Shown: positions 11,151 to 24,189, numbered from the stretch's first letter. The stretch: 64,000 nucleotides of DNA from Heteronotia binoei (GCF_032191835.1 NC_083230.1:23498001-23562000); one strand, 5' to 3'. The notes: generated by a model not told the origin, from the sequence alone. Translations and numbers: made by a program.

Positions 11151-12405
11151 CTGGACAGGTTTCCTTAAATACATGGGTCTAGCATGTAAACACACCCCAT
11201 CACCTCTGTGTTCAAAATTTATATTGGCATTGAAAATTGGAATTGTATGGAGGTAACAGTGAGAATCCACAAGTCTGCCTTCCTATTGCATGAGTAATTT
11301 CTCATGCCTACAAAGCAGATGTCTGCCCCAGAAGAGATTCAAAGAGGAAATAATTATACACTGAGCTACCTTTGAGCTGCTGACTCAACTATCTTGTATT
11401 ATCTAGCAGAGTTTGCTGTGGGAGGTAAAATATATGTGAAAGATCAAATATCAGGATATTGGAATAAGAAGCAAATTAGATAGTATAATTCAAAATAAGG
11501 TGATTTCACAGACGGGGGAAGGCAGCTTACTATACTGGTAATAATGGTCTTAATGTCATATGCTGCACACAAATCAACTGCTTTAATTAGGGTTCAGCTT
11601 ATAGCATGTGTCTGCATGCCAGGGGGGAAAAGGCCCTTAAAATTACCATGCCACTGAATAGGACACATATCTAAAATAGATGCACTGACTGATATTAAGC
11701 AGTGGGGCTTCTCCTTTTGCTTGGTTTAAGAGGAGTCACTGGAGAGATGGGAAAGGCACCACAACGGGCTGTATGATCTAGTTCCATTTGACCAAAAGGC
11801 AAATCGTTAGAGACCAGATTCCATGACAGGTTTCTACTTTGCTTTAGATTAATACAGCAGTGCGTGGGAGCACATCCTAAGCATATGAACTTTCCAAACA
11901 AGGAACATTTAGAGTGAACTGAGGCCTGCATTGTATACATTTGTATTTGAACTAACCACCTAGCTAACCACCAGAATTTAAATCACTGCCTGAAATTATG
12001 ATTACAGCACATGAAATTGTTTTAAATTGTTTTTATGTTTTGTGTTTTTGTTGTTGTTTTATTGTATCGGTCACACTAATGCGTTTGTGTCGACCCTTGG
12101 TTTGTGAGTCGCCCTGAGCCTGCCTTTGGTGGGGAGGGCAGGATATAAATTAAATAAATAAATAAACTACATGTACACTTAAAAAAAATACTGTAAATCA
12201 CCCTGAGCTCCAAGAGAAGAAGGTCCCAATTTAGATGAAATTAAATGAAATACAGATGAAAACAGTAGCTGCAGCAAGGCTGTTCTGCATCCATCCTCGT
12301 AGCAATAAAGCTTTTGCCTCTGACCTATCGAATTGGAATATAGAAGAGCTATGAGCTTAACCAGCACATTCAAAAGCAGCCACTATCATCTGACACAGCT
12401 GTAGG

Positions 12406-12595
12406 NNNNNNNNNNNNNNNNNNNNNNNNNNNNNNNNNNNNNNNNNNNNNNNNNNNNNNNNNNNNNNNNNNNNNNNNNNNNNNNNNNNNNNNNNNNNNNN
12501 NNNNNNNNNNNNNNNNNNNNNNNNNNNNNNNNNNNNNNNNNNNNNNNNNNNNNNNNNNNNNNNNNNNNNNNNNNNNNNNNNNNNNNNNNNNNNNN
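12406..12595. other. Assembly gap
   Basis: Run of N. Confidence 1.
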
Positions 12596-12790
12596 ACCCT
12601 TCACTCAGAGTCTCAGAGCATCTTACAATCTCCTTTCTCTTCCCCTCTCCACAACAGACACCCTGACTGGTAAGTGGGGCTGAGAGTTCTGATAGAAACT
12701 GCTCTTGACAGAACAGCTCTGAGAGAGTTATGACTGACCCAAGGTCACTCCAGCAATATGGAAGAGTTGGGAATCAAAGCCTGTTACCCT
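12596..12790 (-). mobile_element. tRNA-derived SINE with L2-type tail (partial)
   Basis: Homologous to 30246-30528 (acaatctcct...cacaacagacaccctg...tgacccaaggtca). Confidence 0.7.
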
Positions 12791-13574
12791 GGACCTCCTC
12801 TCCCACCATTAATGGACTGTGTTTACTCTGGCCTTGGTGACAGATCTACAGGAACTACTAGTTATTATGGACCTGTATTACTAAACTCATATGCATCTTG
12901 TCCTATTGGGCATTCAGTCTTGTTGGACTCTAAGTAGTGGGCATAAGTGCCAGCCCAATGTGGACATTATGCTGTGTGGATCATGCAGCAGTACTTTCAA
13001 GCCAGGCTCCAGACAGTTCTATTGCCTGCCCCTGCTATTGGTGTGCCTGTCTGAGCTTCTCATGCCAAGAAAGACTCCAGATTGCACTTCCCCAGAGAGC
13101 TGCCCAGCCTTGAAAACTGCAACTGCGTCCCTGTCATCCAAAGACAGTGTCAAGCAGCAGCACTCATAGAAGCCATGTTTCTGTGATATCCTAAAACAAT
13201 AACTCTTGGTCTTGCCAAATGCCATAAGGGCAAGACGAGAGCCTCACATACTCCAGTCATACTATGGAGATGTAAATGAAGAAGCCAACGGTCAACAATA
13301 GGCTTGCTGTCACATCTTCACACTCAACAAAAGACTGTTCCTGTCGACCATCAAGGCAAGTATCTGGCACAATGAAAACACCCAGAAATATGATTACCGT
13401 CAAAGACTTAATCCAGTCACTTAGACCTTCCCCATTGTGTTTGCTCTGGTGTCACAATAGATAGTGTTTTGGTGCTAAATTCACCACTCACATTTCTTTG
13501 TTTTAGCGATGGTTTGCAATAGGTAAAACCATCAACACCCATCAATCCTAATGGGGCTCAAAGTGACTTACAAC

Positions 13575-13792
13575 TAATGTTGCTAACGAAATGGGAAATT
13601 CGTGGAAACATGGTGGTAGAGCTGGGGGGAGGGGTTGAGGAGGGGAGGGACCTCAGTGGGATATTTTGCCATAGATTCCTCCCTCCAAAGCTACCATTTT
13701 GTCCAAGAGAATTAATCTTTAAAGCGTGGAGACCAGTTGTAATTTCTGGTGATCTCCAATCCCAGGCTGGAGGTTGGCAACACTGCTTACAT
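13575..13792 (-). mobile_element. hAT-like MITE, TAGGGTTGCCA class (degenerate)
   Basis: Ends ggaggttggcaacact; similar to 42318-42542 and 43355-43530. Confidence 0.55.
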
Positions 13793-13824
13793 AATTCTCC
13801 CCTCCTGCATTTTGCTGTCACAGC

Positions 13825-14525
13825 AATAACCCTGGCAGGTGGGTTAGACTGAGAAAGAGTGACTGGTCCAAGATCCCTCAGGAGCTTCCATTATAGAGTG
13901 AGAATTCAAACCTGGATCTCTTAGATCGGGGTGTCAAACCCATTTGTTATAAGGGCTAGATCAGATGTAGATGAGACCTTGTTGGGCCAGGCCATGTCAG
14001 GCTGGCTTTGTGTGTACCTATTTAAGATTAGGTAGCAGAGATATAAACTTTATAAAGGACACAAAACAATTAAATATTTTTTTAAAAAAACCTTAAAATA
14101 AAACATTAGTACTCATTGATCTTATTTGTTTTTCTTCCATGGGATACAGGGAACTGGGCAAATGAAGCTCTGGCTCTTTCCTTCCTTCCCGAGGGGACCA
14201 GGAGGGGGAAGAGCCTCAGTCAACAGAAGGAAGAGAGGTTTGGCTCAGTAGTCTGCTGGGTGATTGAGAGAGCCTGGCAAAGCAAGCTCTTCCTCCCCAA
14301 GGGAGGAGCCTCAGCCAATGGAGAAAATAGAGGTTTTGCTCTGTAGCTGCTGTGTGATTGAGAAAGCCTTGCAAAGCAAGCTGTTATGCAGAAGGAAACA
14401 AAAGAGAGGGAGAAGGAAGCAGATGATAGCCAGTTGCTTGGGGGCCTGATTTGGCCCCTGGGCCACATGTTTGACACCCTTGTCTTAGATCCTAGTATGA
14501 CACATTTTTCACTATACCATGCTGG
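13825..14525 (-). mobile_element. tRNA-derived SINE interrupted by a hAT insertion
   Basis: SINE body (ggttagactgagaaagagtgactggtccaag...caaacctggatc) resumes after 14490 (cctagtatgacac...cactataccatgctggctc). Confidence 0.65.
13927..14482. mobile_element. hAT non-autonomous DNA transposon
   Basis: Termini cggggtgtcaaac and gtttgacacccttg; perfect 8-bp TSD TCTTAGAT; same family as 43843-44493. Confidence 0.9.
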
Positions 14526-15889
14526 CTCCCATAAATTAAAGTAAGTAGAAATTAAACATAGCAGAAACTGCAAAATGTATGAAAAGTTCAAGATCTTGAG
14601 TGACTGACTAGAGAGCAAGTGAGGATTAAATGCAGGATAAATTCATTTCAAGCACATTTGAGACTATTTCAACATCGCTATTGTCCATTGTACTGCTCAT
14701 ACATAAATGTCACAGTTACAATTGTGTGTTACAATTAATTTGGTGACTGTGTTAATGTACCTCATCATTCCATCTCCTCTTCAAGATAACACACTACCAG
14801 GATGGATGCCGAAGAACTCTGTATGTCTCTGCTCTGTGTCAGAAGTGGACAGCTAGATGAATAAATTGATATTTTGCCTCCCCAGAAAAAAGCTATATTG
14901 GAAACTATATGTCTGTTAATGGTGTTTGGTCTTGCCTTGTGCTGCTAAACAAGTGTCACAAAACACAAGGAATTTGGGTGCATTCAGGAATATAGGCACT
15001 GAAATGAAATTTATTATATGCACTATAGATAAATGAAATACATTGCTAATAAAAACAAAATGTGACAACATTTAGTATAATGCATTTGCAATGATTTAAA
15101 ATTCTCTTTATGAGATTTTAACAATACCCAATAGCGTTTAACTGTAGCTAGTAGAAAGAAAATTCATAAAAGACAAACAGAACAAAATCTCAAGGGGCCA
15201 TATTGACCCAGGAGATTGATGCCGAGTGAGTTACAGAAAGTGCAGCTAGAATATCTCCTAGTCAGAGATACACGTTAACTAAAACAATAACACAGAGCAT
15301 ATGTAATCATGAGTTTATGGGGAATTTTTAGGAATAAAATGAAATCACACGATTAGCATGTGGGGATAATATCTTAATTGACGTAAGCAAGCTGTTTATC
15401 CAGTTGTATATCCTGAAATAATTCCTGGAGTCACTTGAACAAGAAGTTGACAGAAGCTGAAAGTAAGACCAGAAACTCTGGATCCACCTTCCTTTCATTC
15501 TGGATAACTGACAATGTGAATAACAGCAGGGTGTTATTGGTGCAGTTCATGGTTCCCTACAAACACACAGTGACTTGTATATTAACTGTATGGGGTCAGC
15601 AAAGGTAAGTGGCTGAAATCCTCGGTAACACCAAAGGTTGTTTTGTTAGCAACGGAGAATTTAATGAGTAGCTATTCATTCACTTAACCTCCATTGCATG
15701 CTTATTTATGAGTGGAATAGCGAAGTACTTTCCAGATATATAGTTTAAGAGACTATTTGGAGTCTAGAGATTGTTTAATGTGTCTAGTTCTAGTGCCACT
15801 AGGAAGCTAAAGTTAGTCATGACTAGGTCCCACTTAGATCTGTGTGACTAATGGACAGTTTCCAGAGCCAGCAGCCCCGGCCTCACACA

Positions 15890-16421
15890 TAGGGTTGCCA
15901 ATCCCCAGGTGGGGGCAGGGGATCCCCCGGTTTGGAGGCCTTCCCCCCACTTCAGGGTCATCAGAAAGTAGGGAGAGGGGAGGGAAATGTCTGCTGGGAA
16001 CTCTGTTATTCCCTATGGAGATTTATTCCCATAGAAAATAATGGAGAATTGATGCATGGGTATCTGGGGCTCTGGGGGGGGGGGCTGTTTTTTGGGTAGA
16101 GGCACCAAATTTTCAGTACATCATCTAGTGCCTCTCCCCAAAATACCCCCAAGTTTCAAAACAATTGGACCAAGGGGTCCAATTCTGTGAGCCCCAAAAG
16201 AAGGTGCCCCTATCCTTCATTATTTCCTATGGAAGGAAAGCATTGAAAAGGTGTGCCGTTCCTTTAAATGTGATGGCCAGAACTCCCTTTGGAGATCAAT
16301 TATGCTTGTCACAGCCTTGATCTTGGCTCCACCCCTAATGTCTCCTGGCTCCACCCCCAAAGTTTCCTGGCTCCACCCCCAAAGTCCCCAGATATTTCTT
16401 GAATTGGACTTGGCAACCCTA
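15890..16421. mobile_element. hAT non-autonomous DNA transposon, TAGGGTTGCCA TIR
   Basis: TIRs TAGGGTTGCCA and TGGCAACCCTA; perfect 8-bp TSD CTCACACA; subterminal ggctccacccc repeats. Confidence 0.92.
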
Positions 16422-18294
16422 CTCACACAGCTCAACAAGTGCCCTGGCAACTAGTGGCAGCAGCTGCAAAGCAGGCTGGCTGGGAGCTGCAGGAAGCAAC
16501 CCAGCAGACTGTGAAAGAGTAGAGTCCTCCAAGCAGCCCAAGAGGCCACAGCAGCAGCCTTGTCTGAGGGAAGTGTGGCACGAACAGTCAGTCACGGGAG
16601 GAGGGAGAGGCAAGACCAAACACATGGCCTTTTGAGGCAAACAGGAGACAGGGCAGAAAGCACAGAAGTCCTGGGGAGCAGGAGCCATTGACACTGGGCC
16701 CTGTATTTGACTTACAATCTCAGCCCCAAGGTTGTTTAGGTTGACAGAACCTAGGGCTTGCCTACCTCCAGGGTGGGGCAGGAAAGAGGAGCCAGACCTC
16801 TTCTGCAGCTTTCAGGGAGAGGAAAAGGGCAGCTAGAGGGAGAGGGCCAGGGGTGAAGCTGAACTTCCCTCCTCTCGTGCTTCTTGCGCTCATCCTAGCC
16901 CAACTCCAGAAGGCAGGCTGGATCATTACCCAAAGCCAGGTTCTGACTCACCAACAGGAGACCCTGACAAATGGCCTAGTATAGGGTTGCCAGCTTATAT
17001 GATATAGCAAGTGGTCTCCTGCTGCTGTCTGCCAGCCCCAGTAGTGCCTAGCAATGCTAAAAGTGACCAGGGATGGGCACAATCATGATGGTAAAGTTTA
17101 TCATGGATTTTGGCTGGTTTCAAACCAATGGTTTGTGGTTCACAAAGCAATGTTCATGAACAGAAGAACCACCATGAACTTTCACAAATGTTGATGCCGT
17201 TTGTGGTGGTTTGTGGCAGTTCATGGAGACCAGAAAGCAGGGGATTACACTCCCCCCTTTCTGCTCTTCATAAAAAACAGCTGGTTGCTTTAAATGGCTG
17301 GGAGCCATTTTTCTACAGTTTTCTGCTCCCTGCAAAAAGCCTCAAGGAGCAGAAAGCAGAGGTTTCAGTGGCTCCCAACCATTTCATCCCCAAAAGTGGC
17401 AGCAAGCAGAAAGCAGTGGCTGAACAGCTTGGAGCCATTAAAACCCCTGCTTTCTGCACTCTAGGAAGTTCCCAAAAACTTCAGATGGCATTCCTACGGC
17501 TTCATGATGTCACCTCCATGTGAAACCCAGAAGTGATGGTGTGATGTTGATCAACATTTCCCTGTCCCATGCTGAACTACCCAAAGCTCCCAAGGCTTGA
17601 GGGCACAGGCCTGGCAATCCTAGTCCAATCCTATACATGTTATCGAAAAGCAATAAAGGTCTGAACTGAACTGAACTGAACTACTGAAAAGCAAGATATG
17701 GCAATCTTGCTGTCTTCCCTCTCTCATGTGTAAGATTTTCCCTCATTTTTTTCTCCTTCCTTTCTGGTTGAGCAATAACAATATTTAAATCCCCATCCCC
17801 ACTCCTGCCTTCTCCCTCCTCCACCAATCCCCATTGTTCTTCTGCCCTGGGATGAGAGTGGTGTTTCCCCAGCTGTTCACTTCCCTGAATGGATCAAAAG
17901 GTAGGAGAGCCTCTGAGGCAGAAAGTGAGGTTGGTGAGCCATTGGGCAGCTGGAGGTCGGTGATGGGGTGCTGGTTGTCTCCCAGGAGGGGGCAGGAGGA
18001 GTCCGGGAGCTGGCCCAAGGAGCTTAGCATGCAGTCACTTCTACTTTTGAAAATGGCACACAAGAGGCTTTTGAAAGTTCAAAAATAAACCAATTATTTT
18101 ATTCAACGTAGAGAGGAAAAGATCAGGTGGAATCAGGGGTAATATGTCTAAGATGAATCAATAATAACTCTGAGATAACTTTAGTAATTTCACAAACTCC
18201 AGTCAATATGTTTCCAGTAAGTAGGAGTTTTAAGCTTTTTACATAGTCTTAGTATTTTTGAGATGAGAGACTTTGGTTTCAGTGTCTGCTAGAT

Positions 18295-18353
18295 AGAATG
18301 CTGTTAGCCGCCCTGAGCCGCTTATGCGGGGAGGGCGGGATACAAATAAAATC

Positions 18354-18385
<32 letters not shown>
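18295..18385 (+). mobile_element. L2 3' end with (ATT)n tail
   Basis: agccgccctgagcc...gggagggcgggatacaaataaa followed by (att)n; same end as the longer L2 copies. Confidence 0.75.
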
Positions 18386-18386
18386 G

Positions 18387-18698
18387 ATGTTGTTGTTGTT
18401 CAGTTGCACAGTCGAGTCCAACTCTTTGTGACCTCATGGACAGTCATGCCAGGCCCTCCTGTCTTCCACCATCCTCTGAAGTCTGCTCAAATTTGTGTTT
18501 GTGACATTAGTAACACTGTCCAGCCATCTCATCTTTTGCCGTCCCCTTCTTCTTTTGCCTTCTGTCTTTCCCAGCATCAGGATCTTCTCCAGTGAGTGCT
18601 CCCTTCTCATTTGGTGGCCAAAGTATTTGAGCTTCAGCTTCAGCATCTGACCTTCCAGGGAACATTCTGGGTTGATTTCCCTTAGGACTGATTGATTT
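18387..18698 (-). mobile_element. RTE-BovB LINE 3' fragment
   Basis: ORF LKLKLKYFGHQMRREHSLEKILMLGKTEGKRRRGRQKMRWLDSVT, the characteristic BovB C-terminus, with a (caa)n-like end. Confidence 0.9.
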
Positions 18699-19085
18699 TA
18701 TACTAAATTCAGGACTGAATTTATACTAAATTGTTCAGTTTAACTGACTCTTCAAGTTTAAGAAGGCAGGGATCAAGTACCCAAATTCATTTTCTAAACA
18801 AACTAGGGATCCCTCTGCTTTTTAGAATTATCTCCTTTTTCAACTGAGCAGGAAATTACTTTTCTAAGCAAGAAGCTGTGTCCTTTCTCCTGGCTCAAAA
18901 GGGGGTCTTCAGCGATCCTCCCACTCCTCCTTGCCTCCTTCCCACCTTCCCAGTCCTCAGTCAATGTTAAACTGTCTTCTCCCCAACAGTCAGTTCTCAA
19001 CTGACACTATCAAATGAAATCCATTGGAGCAGCCTGCCACTCAAAGGTTCTCTGGCTCTGTGAGGCATTAACCCTTCACAGTCTA

Positions 19086-19620
19086 TCACATATGTATACA
19101 ATACTTTTGAGTTTTCAAATCACAGTCTTTCACACATCCAGCATATATGTCCAGTGCCGAGGACAGAATGATATTGTTGGAGGATGAGCATGTGAATGAG
19201 TCCAAGATGGTATCACAGATGTTATTAGGTACTGTGAATGAGTAGAATGAATGCATATGAGAGCAAACTGGGCCTCCAGGTTTCCCTGAGTTTGTGTCTT
19301 TGTTGGGTGATCCATTGTTATAGGTAAGAAGTTTATTCAGGTTATGGGACTGCCTATAAGCAAGGAAAGGCCTGCCACCCAAGGCTTGTGAGAAATATCA
19401 TTATCCGGGATAGGCTGCAGATGATCGAGAATGTGTTGACCCGATTTGAACTGCAAGCTTATCAATGGTGGGGTTGTCATGTAGTAGGCTATTCCACACA
19501 AGTAAATGACATTTTTGCAGGAGTGGAATATTGGTCTTTGTCCATTCTGCATATTTTCATGAAGAACCATAAGGCATGCAGTTACATGAGGAAAATGAAC
19601 ATTCAGACCATGTGGCATCA
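19086..19620 (-). mobile_element. Penelope-like element ORF remnant (RT-to-GIY-YIG linker)
   Basis: HILDHLQPIPDND / GGRPFLAYRQSHNLNKLL / TILDSFTCSSSNNI resemble PLE linker motifs LQPILEND, RPILAYRQPPNL and FTCTSTNVIY. Confidence 0.7.
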
Positions 19621-20678
19621 TATTTTATAGGTGGTGAGCCGCCCTGAGCCTGCCTTGGTGGGGAGGGTGGGATATAAATCAAATAAATCATCATCATCAT
19701 CTCCTCACTTCTGGAGGGTGGGGAAGAGAAATGACGAAGGGCAACTCCAGTAATCACCAGAACTTCTACAGTTTTATCTACAGTTACCTCTGTCGTTTCT
19801 GAGGGTTCTAACCAAAACTGAAATGAATCCAGTTGTGGCATCACAACCCCATACCCTCACCAACAGCCCTCCCACTAGTTTCCAGGCCTTGCCTGTTGAC
19901 CCTAACTCTGAGAGTGAATAAATGAATTCAGTTGCCCATCATATTTTCAATTAGGACTGGGGCTAGTTTCAAAGTGGAAGGGGGCATTCGCATCACACAT
20001 AAAATTACTATATTGACAATTCAGACATTAACAGAATTACGCCACATTGTTGAAATCATTGGGCATAGAATGGTGCAACTCGGTTTAGAACTGCATTGTT
20101 AGAAAAATGACTTCGGCGGCAGTTTGTGGAGAAAAGTGTACATGACAAAAGGGTGAGGAAATCTGCTGTCTGTGATAGATTTTGCTTCAAGTAAAGCACT
20201 AGCAGAAAGCTGTTTGCTCCTTCACTAGAAGACACATAATACACTTAAACCTTAGTTTAATCACTTTGAAAAATGCGGCTCTTACGTTTATCAGGTTAAA
20301 ACTGCGGTGACTCTTTAAGAGGTAGCTTAATTGATGTCTTTGTATTTCCTGCACGGAGTTCTGCTGAAGCAGAGAAATTTTTCACACTGTTTACTCTTTT
20401 GCTGTTGTTGTGCCTCTTTTATCTATTTCCACATAATTGTTTCCCTTTAATCACTCCTCTGACACCCCTGTATCTTGCACTTCCACATTTAGGTCCCTGG
20501 CCTGTTGCTGCTAGAGGAAAACAATGGTATGAATAGCCACTTACTTACAAGTAAACAATGGGGTCTGGAGCCTAAATAAAACCAATCGGATTATGTAGGT
20601 CTGAGGAGTTGCCTGGTGTTTCATGGTAAATTCCGTAGCCCTGTGATGTTTGGCAGTGGACTGTTAAGGGGAAAATGG

Positions 20679-20894
20679 GGAGGGACGGTGGCTCAGTGGT
20701 AGAGCATCTGCTTGGGAAGCAGAAGGTCCCAGGTTCAATCCCTGGCATCTCCAAAAAAGGGTCCAGGCAAATAGGTGTGAAAAAACTCAGCTTGAGACCC
20801 TGGAGAGCCGCTGCCAGTCTGAGAAGACAATACTGACTTTGATGGACCAAAGGTCTGATTCAGTATAAGGCAGCTTCATATGTTCATATGTTCA
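20679..20894 (+). mobile_element. tRNA-derived SINE (full length)
   Basis: A box tggctcagtgg, B box ggttcaatcc (20732-20741), (atgttc) tail; homologous copies at 32257, 36415 and 57342. Confidence 0.9.
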
Positions 20895-23329
20895 TTCACC
20901 AGTTCCGGTAGTTGAATTGTGAGGTCAAATCTTGTCACTGAAGTCAGACTGTCGCTATCATTTCTCTCAGCTTCTTAGCATGTAATCCTCTTGAAACTCC
21001 AGCAGACTAAGCTGATTGGAAGTCAGACTGGGAATCTGTATTATAGATGGGGGTTTAAATATTGTGGAATTATATAAATGTGCACATTTTATAGCATTCG
21101 AGATGAAGCATGAGGTATAGAACACCTCGCCTTGGTAATTCATCTTGCCCATTACCTTGAGCTTGGTCAGCAGCTCTCCAAGTTCAAAAAGAGCAGATGG
21201 CATACATTAAGGTGGTCAAGACTGCTCACAAAACACTGAGATTTGCTCTGCCCCTTTAAAATTGGGCAGGAAATATGCATCCCCTGTAAATTCTTCCACT
21301 CATTCTTTCTGTCTGCCCAAGCTCCACCTGTTGTAGTGAATGGGAATCTAGCAGTGCAATCCCATGCAGAATTACTCCGGACTAAGAACAAAGATATAAA
21401 TAGATTTAGAACAAAGTAAGTCTACATAGGATAACACTGCAGATGTCTCCACAGTAGAAAGGATCAGGACTTTTAAACAGGAGGATTTGGGACTACACTG
21501 TGTTGATATAATTAATGTGCATACATGTTCCACTATGGCACAACTGCATTTTCCTTGTGTGTGCGCACGTGCTTTGATTTTCAGAGTTGTATTCTAGTGC
21601 CATCCAGAGTTACAGCCTTTTAAGACCACTGATGTCAGTGGATTTAGAAGAGCGCAACTCTGTTTAAGATTGCGCTGTTACAAGCCTGTATAGGATGGGA
21701 GAAAATCCTCTAAGTGCTAATTTGCTTTTGTCCAGCACTGACGGGTGAGAATGTTATATTCAGCCTTCACATAAGGGGCATTCTGAACCTCATCAAAACT
21801 TTATTTGGAGCATAGGATACGAGGGAGAACAGAGGCACAAACACAGCACAACAGGCCTGAGCTCACTCCCTTTCAGAACACAGATTACGTCAGATCCTGC
21901 TAGAACAAATAGAATGTCATCTTTTGGAGACGCCTATAGGTCTACAGCTTTGCAATTTGTATTCTACAACAGTTCTGAAGAACTGGAAGTACATTACTCA
22001 TCGTTCGTTCAGTAGCATCTGGATACAAAGTCCACCTCTCTTTCCTACGCTGACTGACTGCTTTGTTTCAGGAAGGACGAAACTTTGTTATCAGAAGGGC
22101 TGATGGGGAGGAAGAGGCATTAATGCAAGTATTATTCATGTAGCTTGTTAGCTGTTATGTATACATGCACAATGGCTCTGCTGTGCATGTCACTTGGTTT
22201 TAAAGAGATAACTGTCCCTGTTCTTTGCCGGTGATGCTGCTGCTGATTCAAACATATTGCCACTTCGTGTACCTTCTGGCAAAGGAAGATATTCCTACAC
22301 ACCCCTGAGTCTTACAGGTTGTTAGGATTTCAAGCAGGCTGCTTAAGTTCTTTGTGTTGCCCACCAGAGTTCAAGTTGTCCATGAGTTTAATGAGACTTA
22401 AGTGTCATCCAAACCGTAGCAGGCCTTTCTTCCCTATCATATAATAGCACACATTCCCCAATGACAAACTGGCAAGTCAATTCTGTACCAGAGATCCTAA
22501 TGGGAAGCATTGTTAAAAAGATGCATTCACTTTAGATGGTAACACATTTATGAGTCCTGACAATCTAATTTTGAACGAGACTGTTTGTACATTCCGTCTC
22601 TGGTCTGTGTCTATCATCAGGTGTTCCTATTAATTATCACATGGAAGAAAGTCACAGTTTTGTGGCTCAGTCTGCTGTGTCTAGCAAAACAGCAAAGGAA
22701 AAAAATGAGAACACAAGCATACTTGTTTTTCACAAGTGAATGTTCAGAATTACTGTAGGGGAAACTTGATAATGATGTCCCTGTTCATGTTTGACAAATC
22801 AAGGATAAATCTTTTGTTCTTGCTTCTGAGCTTAGGCAAGCAAAAATCTTGGGCAGAGTCCAGGAGAAATTAAACTGTTTTAGGATACATCAATTTCAAA
22901 GGGGAGTTGACCGATGGGATGAGGAGGAGAGTGCTCCAGAGTGACAGCCAGGTCTCATAGAAGTTGTTCTGCAAACTGGAAGGAGATAAAATCCCTGGGA
23001 GCCAAGCAGTGCTTGGGAATTCGCCCTTTGGAAGCAGCAAGGGAATCCTAGCGTCTGTGCCTTCCAGTGCTGAGAATCCGCCCCCCCCCCCCCGGCCTCC
23101 CTAAACAAATCCTGCCTGTGGCCCTACCAAATTTGAAATCCTAGCTATGACCCTGGTAGCCACCAACCTTAATAGGCTCTCAAACAGATATATACTAGAC
23201 ATTAGTGCCCTTTGAAAGAATATCTTTACCTGGGAGCTAAATACAAGAGTAAAAGAAAGGTCATCCCACAAAACAGCATTCTCATTAAAATATAGGTGAT
23301 ATGAGAGACCTCTGCAAAAGACCATGGAA

Positions 23330-23525
23330 AACAGCTGCCAAAAAAGGGGGATTTTTGCGGGAAAAGTCCAGCAGGAACTCATTTGCATATTAGGCCACAC
23401 CCCGACATCACCATTGTTTCACATAGGGCTTTTTAAAAGAAAAAGACCAGCAGGAACTACTTGCATACTAAGCCACACACCCTGACACCAAGCCAGTCAG
23501 AACTGTGTTCCTGCTAAAAAAAAAA
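23330..23525. mobile_element. Octamer-bearing MITE fragments
   Basis: gcaggaactcatttgcatattaggccacac motif, shared with 37264-37449, 46700-46875 and 56346-56550. Confidence 0.6.
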
Positions 23526-23609
23526 AAAAAAACCCTGGCTACCAATATGAACAGACAATACTGACTTTGATAGGATGATCTGGCAATGTGCATGTCTGCT
23601 GGGTGGGAG

Positions 23610-23880
23610 GCAGTATCGCGCGTGAGCTGTCCAAACAACAAAAAGCTGATCTTGTGTCGCTGTTTTGAAAAAGGGCCGGACTTTATGTACTGTCAAATTA
23701 ATGCGCCATTCATGCGGAGCAAGTCGGGATGATAACGACTCCACATCGTTTGACAGATGTGAATGTCTGGATGTCCGCTTTAACTCCACATGGGGGGCGT
23801 GGGTGAGTCGCGGTTAATGTTCCGTCTGACCGTACCCAAGTTGGCGGGAATACCCTCAGATGTTTCTTTGTGATCACCCA
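23610..23880. promoter_or_regulatory. Candidate CpG-retaining non-coding regulatory element
   Basis: About 17 CpGs in ~240 bp of apparently unique sequence; TGACAG sites at 23690-23695 (minus) and 23751-23756, TAAT core, CAGATG E-box. Confidence 0.35.
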
Positions 23881-24189
23881 ATTTAAATGCTCATTTCTCA
23901 GAATAATCATATTCTTTCTGATGATAATTCAAACACTAGGGTTCAATTTGGACTGCATGATTTTTTATTGTATTTAATGAAAGCTAAAATGGGGACCTAA
24001 TCCTACTTGAGGCAGCAAAATCATGCTCTTCTTAAGAGTGCACATATATAATTGTATGTGTAATCTGGAGTTATCCAACATTCTCTTGCAAGCTGCCTTC
24101 CATTTAGAGTTTGGGGTGACTTCAAACCTTGTATACTCCCAAGCCAACAAGAATTTTCTCCAGAAGAAATGGATGTTATTTATCTATTA

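Noticed and set aside
15440-15560. Minus-strand acceptor followed by GTMNCTNNTLLLFTLSVIQNERK
   Set aside because: An in-frame stop follows soon after, the donor is unconvincing and the peptide is not recognised
20679-20760. tRNA-like sequence with A and B boxes (also 57342, 30450-30528)
   Set aside because: It continues into a SINE body and tail found in multiple copies and is not a tRNA gene
22072-22128. Possible plus-strand micro-exon EGRNFVIRRADGEEEALMQ after tttgtttcag
   Set aside because: Weak donor (caa/gtatta), no recognised homology and no supporting neighbouring exons
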